In this document: in pieces, positions 20,245 to 28,848 of the stretch
Layout of the letters: every line of letters starts with the position of its first letter
Numbering within the stretch: position 1 is the stretch's first letter
Assembly: GCA_040755995.1 (NCBI GenBank)
Contig: JBFMAF010000041.1
Location: 1-64,000 of the forward strand
DNA length: 64,000 nt
Direction of reading: 5' to 3'
Source of the DNA: Acidobacteriota bacterium
Lineage (GTDB): Bacteria; Acidobacteriota; CAIWXX01
Notes under the pieces: model-generated
Databases searched by the model: none
What the model was told of the DNA's origin: nothing
The model's input: only the letters and a program-made list of their open reading frames with translations
Program-made: the position numbers and the translations under genes

Positions 20245-21363
20245 ATGACGACGACGGGGCGTGATTGGTCGAAGGTCAGCGAGATCGTGAGGCAGATACG
20301 CAAGCAGGGGCTGAGCCTGAAGGAGGGAGCCAAGCAGGCCGGGGTGGAGGTTGGGGTGCTGTACGAGTACAACCGACACGAGAGCAAGGAGAAGCGGCAC
20401 GGCGGTGAAGTCGGTGGGAAAGGCCATGGAGAGGAACCGGCGAAGGGGAGGGAGCGGCAAGCGGCCGGTCTGCCGAAGGAGGTTCAGGAACGGATCTGTG
20501 CGTATCGCCGGGCGCAGCCGAAGCACGGCTTCAAGCGGATCGCGGATGAGCTGAAACAGAAGTATCTCGTGGTGGTGACGCGGAAGCAGATACGGAGGGT
20601 CTTGAAGGAGGCCGGGCTGCTGGAGACGTGCGACAGCAGCTTCGACACGGAAGAGCCTGACAAGAAAGGGAGGCGGCGATTTGAGGCGAGCGGTCCCTGC
20701 GAGCTGTGGCAGATGGACGTGGCCTACGTATACATCCGGAAGTTGGCGGTGCTCTACCTCGTTGTGATCGTGGACGACTACAGCCGGTACTGTGTGGCGG
20801 CGGAGCTGTGCCGGGATCAGCGAGCGGAGACGCTGCTCGCGGTGCTGCACAACGCGAGCACGGAGCATGGAGCACCGAGGAAGCTGCTCACGGATCAGGG
20901 GTCGGGGTTCTACAGTTGGAGCGGTGAGCAGACGCGGTTTCAAGAGTACCTGGACGACCACCGGATAGAGCACATTGTGGCCGACCCGCACAGTCCCCAG
21001 ACGCAGGGGAAAGCGGAGCGGCTGATCCAAACGATCCGCGTGGAGCTTCTCTCGCGCGTGAAGTTCATCGACTACGCGGATGCGCGCGAGCAGATACTCG
21101 CGTACATCCGGGGCTACAATTTTGAACGTCCGCACCAGGGCATCAATGGTCAGCGTCCCGCGGACCGATTTCATGGTGTCGTGGGGGAGGTATCGCGGGT
21201 AGAATCGGAGCTGGCCGGACGGGAGTTGGATCTGTCGCGGGGCTATGTTGTGTACAAAGTGCAGGACCACCGGGTGAGTGTCGTGTGCGCGGCCGAGCGG
21301 TTGCAGGTCTACCTCGACGGGAAGCTGCTGAAGGAGGTGCCGGGCGATGTATGCGAGCGTTGA
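20245..21363 (+). CDS. IS481-like DDE transposase (HTH + rve)
   Basis: Two HTH regions; LWQMD, VDDYSR, LTDQGSGF, PQTQGKAER, YNFERPHQGING; RBS AGGAGG. Confidence 0.9.
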   Translation: MTTTGRDWSKVSEIVRQIRKQGLSLKEGAKQAGVEVGVLYEYNRHESKEKRHGGEVGGKGHGEEPAKGRERQAAGLPKEVQERICAYRRAQPKHGFKRIADELKQKYLVVVTRKQIRRVLKEAGLLETCDSSFDTEEPDKKGRRRFEASGPCELWQMDVAYVYIRKLAVLYLVVIVDDYSRYCVAAELCRDQRAETLLAVLHNASTEHGAPRKLLTDQGSGFYSWSGEQTRFQEYLDDHRIEHIVADPHSPQTQGKAERLIQTIRVELLSRVKFIDYADAREQILAYIRGYNFERPHQGINGQRPADRFHGVVGEVSRVESELAGRELDLSRGYVVYKVQDHRVSVVCAAERLQVYLDGKLLKEVPGDVCER

Positions 21364-22672
21364 GGAAATGAAGCGGATGAACCTGGTCGAGTTTCTTACG
21401 CATGGGTACGGGCTGGAGTTTCGGCGTCGAGGATCGGAGTACGCATGCTGTTCGCCGTTCACAGAGGAGCGGGCACCGAGCTTTTTCGTGCGTCTGGTGA
21501 ATGGGCACTGGCTATTCAAGGATTTCTCGAGCGGGGCGGCCGGGACGATTTTCGACTTCGTGCGGATGAAGGAAGGGCTGAGGACATTCTCCGAGGCCGT
21601 GAGATTCGTGCGGGAACGGGTTGGCGGATGGGTCAATCAGATCGCGCATCACAACCATGATTCTGCGGCTACGCCTCAGCCGGCCCGGGGTTACGACGTG
21701 GAGGAATTGTACGGGCAGTTCCGGCGGCAGGACCCGCAGGTGTGCCGGGAGTACCTGCTGCGTCGCGGGATTGATGCGCAGATCGTTGAGGAGTTGATAG
21801 GCGACGGGACAGTGGTGCACAACCGGTATGAGGGGCGCTCCTATTGCTGCTTCGCGGTGCGGGACGAAGGGGGTCAGCTTCGCTGCCTCGACAATCACGC
21901 AGTTGAAGGCAGAGGCAAGTTCGTGCTGGGGGCCAAGAGCGTCTTCACGCGGGAATGGGGAGCAATCAAGCAGGCGCGCGTGGTGCTGCTGTGTGAAGGC
22001 ATCATCGACTACCTGAGCGTGAAGAGTCTGGAGCTTTCCCCTCCGCCGGGGCTCGCGCTGCTGGGCAACCAGCTCTGCTTCGAGAGGGCGCTTCTGGAGC
22101 GAACCGAAGTGCTGATCGCAGCGATGGACGATGACCGCGGGGGAAACTCCGCGGTGCTGGATCTGAAGGATCTGTACCCGGACAAGGAGGTGCACATCTA
22201 CGATCTGGAGGGGCACAAGGATCCGAATGAGCTGCTGATGGCGGCGCGATCGGGGAAGGGGCGCAAGCTGAGCCCGCAGAGGAAGCTGCAGCTCTACCGC
22301 GAGTTCCAGCAGACGGAGAACAAGGCGGAGCTTGCGCGTCGTTGGGGCATCGATCGCTCGTACATGTACCAGGTCGTCGGGGACTGCGAAGCGGCGCTGC
22401 TTCAGGCCTTTATGGAGCGCCGGCCCGGCCGTCCTCCAATCGGCACCCCGAAGACGCTCGATCAAGCGCTGGCACGGATCAAGGAGCTTGAGAGACAGTA
22501 CGAGCGGGAGGCGACGGCGCGGGAGGAGCTGCTCTGCCGCAGCGAATTCCTCGCGATCCGGTTGAAGTATGCCGAGATCGAGGCAGCCGAGTTGCGCGGG
22601 GAGAAGGTGGATGAGGAGCACGGGGTAGGGAAGAAACCGCAGATAAAAAAAACGAAAAACGGGAAACCCTGA
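21347..22672 (+). CDS. DnaG-type primase (CHC2-like ZBD + Toprim) fused to an IS3 OrfA-like HTH and coiled coil
   Basis: CSPFTEERAPSF..FKDFSSGAAG, YLLRRGID, LCEGIIDYLS, AMDDDRGG, KDPNELL; then AELARRWGIDRSYMYQ, RRPGRP and a heptad leucine segment. Confidence 0.85.
   Translation: MYASVEEMKRMNLVEFLTHGYGLEFRRRGSEYACCSPFTEERAPSFFVRLVNGHWLFKDFSSGAAGTIFDFVRMKEGLRTFSEAVRFVRERVGGWVNQIAHHNHDSAATPQPARGYDVEELYGQFRRQDPQVCREYLLRRGIDAQIVEELIGDGTVVHNRYEGRSYCCFAVRDEGGQLRCLDNHAVEGRGKFVLGAKSVFTREWGAIKQARVVLLCEGIIDYLSVKSLELSPPPGLALLGNQLCFERALLERTEVLIAAMDDDRGGNSAVLDLKDLYPDKEVHIYDLEGHKDPNELLMAARSGKGRKLSPQRKLQLYREFQQTENKAELARRWGIDRSYMYQVVGDCEAALLQAFMERRPGRPPIGTPKTLDQALARIKELERQYEREATAREELLCRSEFLAIRLKYAEIEAAELRGEKVDEEHGVGKKPQIKKTKNGKP
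22645..22652 (+). promoter_or_regulatory. Predicted -1 programmed frameshift site (A AAA AAA in an A8 run)
   Basis: ata aaa aaa acg in the ORF2 frame; the -1 frame is open from here to 23757; purine-rich SD-like GGGGTAGGGAAG just upstream. Confidence 0.75.
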
Positions 22673-23757
22673 GGAAGATCGATGAGCTGGTCCGGACCTG
22701 TATCCGTCTTTGCAAGGACAGGATCATGGAGTACACCTGCCATTCGCGGAGCCAGCTGTACCGCTGGCTGCGAGGCGAGGAGCTTGAGCGCAAGGAACGG
22801 GAACGCAAGAGGATGCCCGAGGAGACGGTGGAGAACGCGGCGATGGTGATCGGGATGTTTCCGCACATGGGCGGTCGGAAGGGACAGGCATACATGCTCT
22901 ACCACAAGCTCGGCTCCATCGGTACGAAAGCCTACGACCGGATAAAAGAGAGTGTGAAGCGCCTTCTGGGCCAAGAGGTCGCCAGGCGCAAGCTGCTTCC
23001 CGAGCGCTCTGATTACGAACACGTCCGTCCCGAGAAGGCCGGCGAAATCTGGGCCGAGGACTTCACCGAGCTCGCCGTGGAAGGTCACACCTTCAAACTG
23101 GCCCTTTTGCTTGACGCCTTCGATCAGTACTACCTGGGATGGGCCGTCGACTCCCGCGCCACCTCAGCCCTCGTCGCCCAGCCCGTCGATCAGGCCCTCG
23201 CTCAGACCGGAGGCGTGGGGCCGGAGAAATTCCTGCTCAGCGACAACGGGTCGCAGTACATCAGCTCGCAACACGAGCGGAGCCTCACCAGCGCCGAAAT
23301 CGTTCAGCGCCGCATCCCCGCTTGCGTCCCACAGTACAACGGCGCCGCCGAAGGCGGGATGCGAGACATAAAAAGCGTCTTCTATAACGTCTGGGAAAGC
23401 CAGAAACGAGAAGGCGCGGATGAAGAAAAACCCTTGGTCCAGAGAGTGCGTGCCGCCGTCGCCGCAACCGTGGCCATCGTCAACAACACGATCCCACGTC
23501 CGTCTCTGGGCGGTGTGACACCCGCCGACGTCCACTATGGAAGAAAGGAGGCCAAGCAGGAGGAGATCAACCAATACCGTGTGAACGAGGAAGCCAGGCG
23601 GGACTTCCCGCCATGGAAAAGAAGCTACTGGGAGATCCTGAGCTCAGGGCTGCAGGCAGACACCATGTCCGACGGAGAAGTGCTCACAAAGCTGGCCTTC
23701 TTCTGCCGCAGACCGCTGCGCAGGATCAGTCGTCGAAACCGGGAGTGTGTGGGGTAA
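22645..23757 (+). CDS. IS3 OrfB-like DDE transposase domain (in -1 frame; first ATG 22726)
   Basis: KKNEKRETLRKIDELVR...SRSQLYRW; IWAEDF, LLDAFDQY, LSDNGSQY, PQYNGAAE, PRPSLGGVTPAD. Confidence 0.85.
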   Translation, partial: KKNEKRETLRKIDELVRTCIRLCKDRIMEYTCHSRSQLYRWLRGEELERKERERKRMPEETVENAAMVIGMFPHMGGRKGQAYMLYHKLGSIGTKAYDRIKESVKRLLGQEVARRKLLPERSDYEHVRPEKAGEIWAEDFTELAVEGHTFKLALLLDAFDQYYLGWAVDSRATSALVAQPVDQALAQTGGVGPEKFLLSDNGSQYISSQHERSLTSAEIVQRRIPACVPQYNGAAEGGMRDIKSVFYNVWESQKREGADEEKPLVQRVRAAVAATVAIVNNTIPRPSLGGVTPADVHYGRKEAKQEEINQYRVNEEARRDFPPWKRSYWEILSSGLQADTMSDGEVLTKLAFFCRRPLRRISRRNRECVG

Positions 23758-23941
23758 TTTCCATGCTTTTTCGTCCGATTTATCTTGCGCCAGCGCAGCT
23801 AATCCCCTGTTGGGCCTCGACAGGATTGAAGACTATGTTGGTGCCTTCGAGTATCCAAACCGCCCGCCAAGAAGAGCCTTCGGGTATGCATTTCCATTCT
23901 GGTGCGGCGCTGCATGAGCCGGGCGGTTTAGGCACAATGGA

Positions 23942-24010
23942 CTTCGAAGTGGACTTGCTCGGATGCCCTTCGCAAAGGCGATCTGGGGTCGGTGACTGCC
24001 GGCGTTGAGT
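23942..24010 (+). repeat. attC-like site 1 (3' half only)
   Basis: 64-bp near-copy of 26451-26514; ends in GTTGAGT (GTTRRRY) just before the next gene. Confidence 0.55.
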
Positions 24011-24046
24011 GACCACGACACGCTTCTGTCTGGGAGGGAAAGTCGC

Positions 24047-24562
24047 ATGAAAACAACATACGCTGTGCTTGCTCTCGCACTTCTTGTATCGCTTTCTGCA
24101 TTCGCTGAAGTGCCAACGCTCAATGACGATTTGCTCGACCATATGGTCGGGCAATGGGTTCTCCAGGGCACAATAGCCGGAAAGGAAACAAGACACGATG
24201 TGCTAGTCGAGTGGGTGCTCGGTCATCAGTACATCCAAATGCATGAAGTGTCGCGTGAGAAAGACAGCGGAGGCAATCCTGTCTACGAAGCGACCGTCTT
24301 CATTGGTTGGGACCAACGATCAGCGAGGTATGCATGCTTATGGCTTGACAACACTGGGGGAGGTGGTCTGAACGGTCAAGCAATCGCCTACGCAAGTCGC
24401 AATGGCAACGAGATACCATTTCTCTTTCATGGTGCTGACAATAGCCTGTTCCACACGACCTTCGTATACGACAAGGTTGCCGACAGTTGGCAATGGATCA
24501 TGGATGGAGAAGAGGCCGGGAGATTGCGGCCCTTCGCGCGAGTTACTTTGAAGCACAAGTGA
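24047..24562 (+). CDS. Secreted hypothetical beta-barrel protein (DUF1579-like)
   Basis: Signal peptide; LDHMVGQWVLQG, EWVLGHQY, FIGWD; RBS GGAGG. Confidence 0.75.
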   Translation: MKTTYAVLALALLVSLSAFAEVPTLNDDLLDHMVGQWVLQGTIAGKETRHDVLVEWVLGHQYIQMHEVSREKDSGGNPVYEATVFIGWDQRSARYACLWLDNTGGGGLNGQAIAYASRNGNEIPFLFHGADNSLFHTTFVYDKVADSWQWIMDGEEAGRLRPFARVTLKHK

Positions 24563-24669
24563 ATACCATGCAGAGGCCGGTGGCGAGAAGACCCGATGAA
24601 CGGTGGCCGCCCAACAGCCAGCAGGATCAAGTCGTACTTAGCGGCGAACCGCCGCATTGGAGGAGTTTC

Positions 24670-26340
24670 ATGACGCGACGCTTACTGCTGTCGTTTATGA
24701 TCTGTCTCCTTCTCATTCCTAGCTACGCGATTGCCCAGGGTGTGAGCGAGTCCGCCAGGCAGTCAATCGGACCGCCGGCGGTCACGCTTCGGATAGACCC
24801 GCGGCTGATTGCTGAAGCGACAGAAGTATGGGGCTTGATCGCAGCGCAGGAGAACCCCATCTGGCCGGGCTGGAACGCGTCCGACACGCCGATCCTTTTC
24901 TATCTGCCCGGCCAGCAGGATGTCCTCATTAATCACCCCCGACCGCCGGAGGGATTTGTCGCCTATGATGGGCCGGTCCGGTTTCCTGGAGGACGCATCA
25001 TGGTGCGAGACGGACGCACCGTTCTCGAGTGGGATGGCCAGAACACGTCGCACGACATCGAAGGAGTCCGGACCCTGGTTGTTGCCGATGCGCTCTCGAA
25101 TCTGAGGCAGCAGATCCTCGGGTTGTTGGGGGATCCGCGACCTTCCGCGGAGAAGGCGAAAGAACTCGACTTCTCCCAGTTGGCTACGGACCCGTATGAT
25201 CAGCTTTCGCTCATCGTTCATGAAGCTTTCCATGTTTTCCAGGATCGTGAGGCGCCAGACAAGAGCGCCAACGAGATGCTGCTGCTGTACTATCCCGTGC
25301 TCTCGGTGGACAACAACGTGGGTCTCGCGCTGGAGGGCGGGGCACTTGGCGCAGCTCTGAGGTCACAGAGCGAACGGGCATGCAGAGAGGCAGTGCTCGA
25401 CTGGCTCGCCGTGCGAAAGGATCGCAGGGCCAAGCTTCCGAGTGAGGCGATCGAGTACGAGGACGGAGTGGAGTTCGGGGAAGGACTCGCCAAGTATACG
25501 GAGTACCGGCTTCTCGAATCGCTCGAAGGCCGAATGCCCGCCTCGGAGATGTGGTGGGTCCAGGGATTCCACGGATACGATGATCTTGCTTTGCGTCGCT
25601 CCCGACTGGTCGACAAGATGCTCCAGCACATGCGCGGCGAGGTTTTGGTCAACAACGACCCATACGGGGCTGCCCCTCTGCGAATGAGACTATACTACTC
25701 GGGGATGGCGGTTGCCGTCCTGCTCGACCGGCTCTCCACGAACTGGAAGGGCCGCATCCTCCAACCTGAGGCGTCCCTCACAGATCTTGTGGAGGACGCC
25801 GTCGATGCCAGGGCTGACGACCTCCGCAGGGCACTGAAGGAAGTGCGACGGGGAGGAGAGTACGAGGCCATGGTCGCCGCGAAGGAACGGCTCGCGAAGG
25901 AGGGTCGATCCCGGATCGACACGATGCTCGCTCAGATCGAACACGGGGCCGGAACCGGCATCATCGTGGACTATGGCGCGCTCGAGACACCTAAAGTCGC
26001 GCTGGGATTCACCCCGTTCGGCATTACCGTCGTGGACAACGATCGTACCATCTACACGCAGGTTCCGATCCAGGCCCGCTTCGCCGACGGCTCACAGGTC
26101 TCGCAGACCGAGCCGATGCCCCTGCTCCATGACAAGAAGGGCAGGCTCATCCAGTTTCGGCTGTCGAGGGAGCTGTCTCCCGAGGAGGTAGCAGGAGCGA
26201 CGGGCAGTGACAGGGCGGCCGAGCAACAGGTCCACGAACTGAAGATCGAGTTACCGGGCGTTGTGATCAGTTCCGGGAGTGCGATGATCCAATGGCAAGG
26301 AAGGGATCTTCGAGTGGTACTGAGGCCTTCCCGGAAGTAG
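24670..26340 (+). CDS. Secreted HExxH putative metallopeptidase
   Basis: Signal peptide; IVHEAFHVFQ plus downstream EGLAKYTE (gluzincin-like third ligand). Confidence 0.75.
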   Translation: MTRRLLLSFMICLLLIPSYAIAQGVSESARQSIGPPAVTLRIDPRLIAEATEVWGLIAAQENPIWPGWNASDTPILFYLPGQQDVLINHPRPPEGFVAYDGPVRFPGGRIMVRDGRTVLEWDGQNTSHDIEGVRTLVVADALSNLRQQILGLLGDPRPSAEKAKELDFSQLATDPYDQLSLIVHEAFHVFQDREAPDKSANEMLLLYYPVLSVDNNVGLALEGGALGAALRSQSERACREAVLDWLAVRKDRRAKLPSEAIEYEDGVEFGEGLAKYTEYRLLESLEGRMPASEMWWVQGFHGYDDLALRRSRLVDKMLQHMRGEVLVNNDPYGAAPLRMRLYYSGMAVAVLLDRLSTNWKGRILQPEASLTDLVEDAVDARADDLRRALKEVRRGGEYEAMVAAKERLAKEGRSRIDTMLAQIEHGAGTGIIVDYGALETPKVALGFTPFGITVVDNDRTIYTQVPIQARFADGSQVSQTEPMPLLHDKKGRLIQFRLSRELSPEEVAGATGSDRAAEQQVHELKIELPGVVISSGSAMIQWQGRDLRVVLRPSRK

Positions 26341-26401
26341 CTGGCTCTTGCTGCTGAGCCGGGCCAAAGGCATGGCCCGATTCGATCAGAGAGAGCAAGG
26401 C

Positions 26402-26519
26402 ACCTGACAGGGCAGTTCACGCGGATCCAGTCTCGCTGCGGCGGGACGCCCTTCGAAGCGGGCCTGCTCGAATGCCCTTCGCAAAGGCGATCTGGGTCCG
26501 GTGACTGCTGGCGTCAGGC
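26402..26519 (+). repeat. attC-like recombination site (full length, degenerate core)
   Basis: ACCTGAC...GTCAGGC outer boxes; GCAGT-T-CAC-G-CGGA pairs with TCCG-GTG-ACTGC leaving two extrahelical bases. Confidence 0.6.
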
Positions 26520-26942
26520 AGTGAAATGAATAGCCCAACTGCCAAGCGTCCTAATACAGATTGCCGGTTTGCGCAGCTTTCGATGGCTCCCGTCCCTCTC
26601 CTCCTGTCGATAACCCTCAGAATCGAGATGCGTCCTGCGTGGAATCCTCCAACGCTAACACGATTCTCAGATCTCATTGTGGTCGGACAGATGAAGGCGA
26701 GAGCCCGCATCGTCATGCATGAGGTTCTCAAGGGGAAGACGGAAGGGGAAAAGAGATCTTCATCCCAGGTGTGAGTGAGTTCGTAAACGAAGAGCATTTC
26801 TTCATTCGGGACCGGCCACAGCACACGGCGCGCGGCTCGGAGGCCGCCTTGAAATGCCTCGCTGGGCGACCTAGAATGGCTTGAGGTGAAAGCGTGTTGC
26901 GATTCAGTCGACGTCTCTGGGGGTGCGTAGCCCTGCCCGATT

Positions 26943-28493
26943 GTGGCCTCGGTCGGGTACGGGCACCGGCCTTCGGCCTGGGTACTGGTGCGAGAGGAGC
27001 TGGTGGGTTGGAGGACACGCCTCGGCGCCATGACTGATCTGGATCTGATCGCGCACGGCTCGCCTGGGGATGTGATCGGCACCTGCTCGATACCCCTGTC
27101 TGCCTGGTGCCGGTGGGCGATGACCCTGATCGACGCGGACGGCTGCGGCATCATCCTGCGTTTCCCTGACGAGCTGCGATATGTAGCCGGCAATGGTTTC
27201 CAATGGTACAAGATCGCTCCTGTCGCGCCCGAGCAAAGCCTCTTTGCCGGGGTCATAACGGACGGGCGTAGCATTGTCTGCGATGATGTGCGCCTGGACG
27301 GGAAGCTTGCTGCCTCGCCCGAGGCCGCGCTCCTGGACATGGGAGCGTTCATCGCAAGCCCGATCATGAGCGGCGACGGGCTCCTGGGCATCGTCGCCGT
27401 CCACAGCAAGGCGGCGACTCGATGGCAGCAGGCACAGATCAATCGGATCGAGGGATTCGCTCATGCGTTGGCGCTATTCATGTCCGGAGCGCTCCAGTGC
27501 TATCGATATCGCGTGCCGCCTCCCCGCCCCCTTACGCCGTCTGAAGTGTCTACCAGTCCGATAGTCCGCTCCGGTTCGACTCAGGCAGTGTTCGCCGAGG
27601 CCCGTGAGGTCGCCAAGTTCTCGTTTCCGGTACTGATACTTGGCGAGCGCGGCACTGGCAAGGGAGTGCTGGCCGAGTACATCCACTCGGTGAGCCACCG
27701 GAAGGGATCCTTCATCACGGTGAACTGCGCGGCCGTGCCGCACGAGATGATCGAGGACGCGTTGTTCGGCCACCGGAAGGGCGCGTTCACCGGGGCACTG
27801 AGTGATCGAGGCGGACACGTCGAGGCCGCTGATGGCGGCACTCTCTTTCTGGATGAAATAGGCGATCTGCGGTGGGAGGCGCAGGCGAAGTTGTTGCGGC
27901 TGATCGAAAGCAACGAAATACAGAGGCTCGGCGAGGACACCAGCAGGTACGTGAATGTCAGGATCATTTCCGCAACCAACAGACCGGTCAAGCCAGATGG
28001 GCAGGATAGAGTGTTGCGCGAAGATCTCTACGATCGTCTCGCCGGCTACGTGCTCCACATGCCGCCGTTGCGTGAACGCGTCGAAGACCTCGAGGCGCTC
28101 ATAGATCTCCTTCTTCACAAGTTGACCGTCGACACGCACAAGCCTCTTTCCGGGATCAGCACCGATGCGCGCGAGCTGCTGCTGAGGTACAGATGGCCCG
28201 GGAACATTCGCGAGCTCGAAAACGTGTTGAGGGGAGCCTGCGTGCGTGCGCGCGCCGGAGTCGCCATCGGGGTCGAGTGCCTCCCGCAGGATCTCATAGG
28301 CAGAGCCCTGTCAGGTCCTGCGAGCGCGCCCGAGATCGTCGATGAGAAGCCGCGCCATCGACCCCAAACAGTGACTGATTCGGGATTGGCAGAAGCGTTT
28401 CAAGAGCACGGCGGCAACATCAGCCGAATTGCAGCCGACCTCGGAGTCACTCGCCAGACCGTACAAAAGCGCCTGCGCCGTCTCGGCCTCTGA
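26943..28493 (+). CDS. sigma54-dependent transcriptional activator (GAF-AAA+-Fis HTH)
   Basis: GERGTGKG, GAFTGA, FLDEIG, WPGNIREL and a C-terminal HTH; start uncertain. Confidence 0.9.
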   Translation: MASVGYGHRPSAWVLVREELVGWRTRLGAMTDLDLIAHGSPGDVIGTCSIPLSAWCRWAMTLIDADGCGIILRFPDELRYVAGNGFQWYKIAPVAPEQSLFAGVITDGRSIVCDDVRLDGKLAASPEAALLDMGAFIASPIMSGDGLLGIVAVHSKAATRWQQAQINRIEGFAHALALFMSGALQCYRYRVPPPRPLTPSEVSTSPIVRSGSTQAVFAEAREVAKFSFPVLILGERGTGKGVLAEYIHSVSHRKGSFITVNCAAVPHEMIEDALFGHRKGAFTGALSDRGGHVEAADGGTLFLDEIGDLRWEAQAKLLRLIESNEIQRLGEDTSRYVNVRIISATNRPVKPDGQDRVLREDLYDRLAGYVLHMPPLRERVEDLEALIDLLLHKLTVDTHKPLSGISTDARELLLRYRWPGNIRELENVLRGACVRARAGVAIGVECLPQDLIGRALSGPASAPEIVDEKPRHRPQTVTDSGLAEAFQEHGGNISRIAADLGVTRQTVQKRLRRLGL

Positions 28494-28787
28494 TAGCGAG
28501 CGCCCCCCTGCATGCAGATAACCTGCATGCAGCAGCCGGCGCTGCATGCTTTTCTGCTCGGACGCCCCAGAATCTCACAGGACCACTCCGTGCAGGGTAT
28601 CGGCCCGAATTGTGATCGGTGTCACAAGCACCGCCGGGACATTGACGGGTGTCCTCGGCTGTCCCCGGCTGCCGGCGAGTCTCCAGAAAGCGTGTCATTG
28701 CGGCCTGGAAATCGTGGCAGGGTGTACAGCGGTCGGTCCCCGAGTCGGGCCTGGCGCGCGTCGAACCGGCTTCTGAGCGATCTAGTT

Positions 28788-28803
28788 TGGCACGGATGTT
28801 GCT
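28788..28803 (+). promoter_or_regulatory. sigma54 -24/-12 promoter
   Basis: TGGCACGGATGTTGCT (GG-N10-GC), about 45 bp upstream of the DUF5666 gene. Confidence 0.85.
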
Positions 28804-28848
28804 CTCGTCCCTGACGGAAGCGCGGAAAGAAGAAAGGAGAAAGCAACA

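Larger units (their letters stand above)
20183..23782 (+). mobile_element. 3.6-kb IS-like element with two DDE transposases and a primase
   Basis: Imperfect ~40-bp terminal inverted repeats: left TAAGTCGGACAAAGATGCCAGTGTAATTACCCCACAC, right (revcomp) TAAATCGGACGAAAAAGCATGGAAATTACCCCACAC. Three co-oriented ORFs fill the interior. Confidence 0.85.

Noticed and set aside
22661..22667. GGGAAAC as the frameshift heptamer
   Set aside because: It is phased GGG AAA C in ORF2, not G GGA AAC; the A-run at 22645 is correctly phased.
20209..23574. Long minus-strand ORFs (475, 369, 208 aa) inside the transposon
   Set aside because: Antisense shadows of high-GC coding genes with no motifs.
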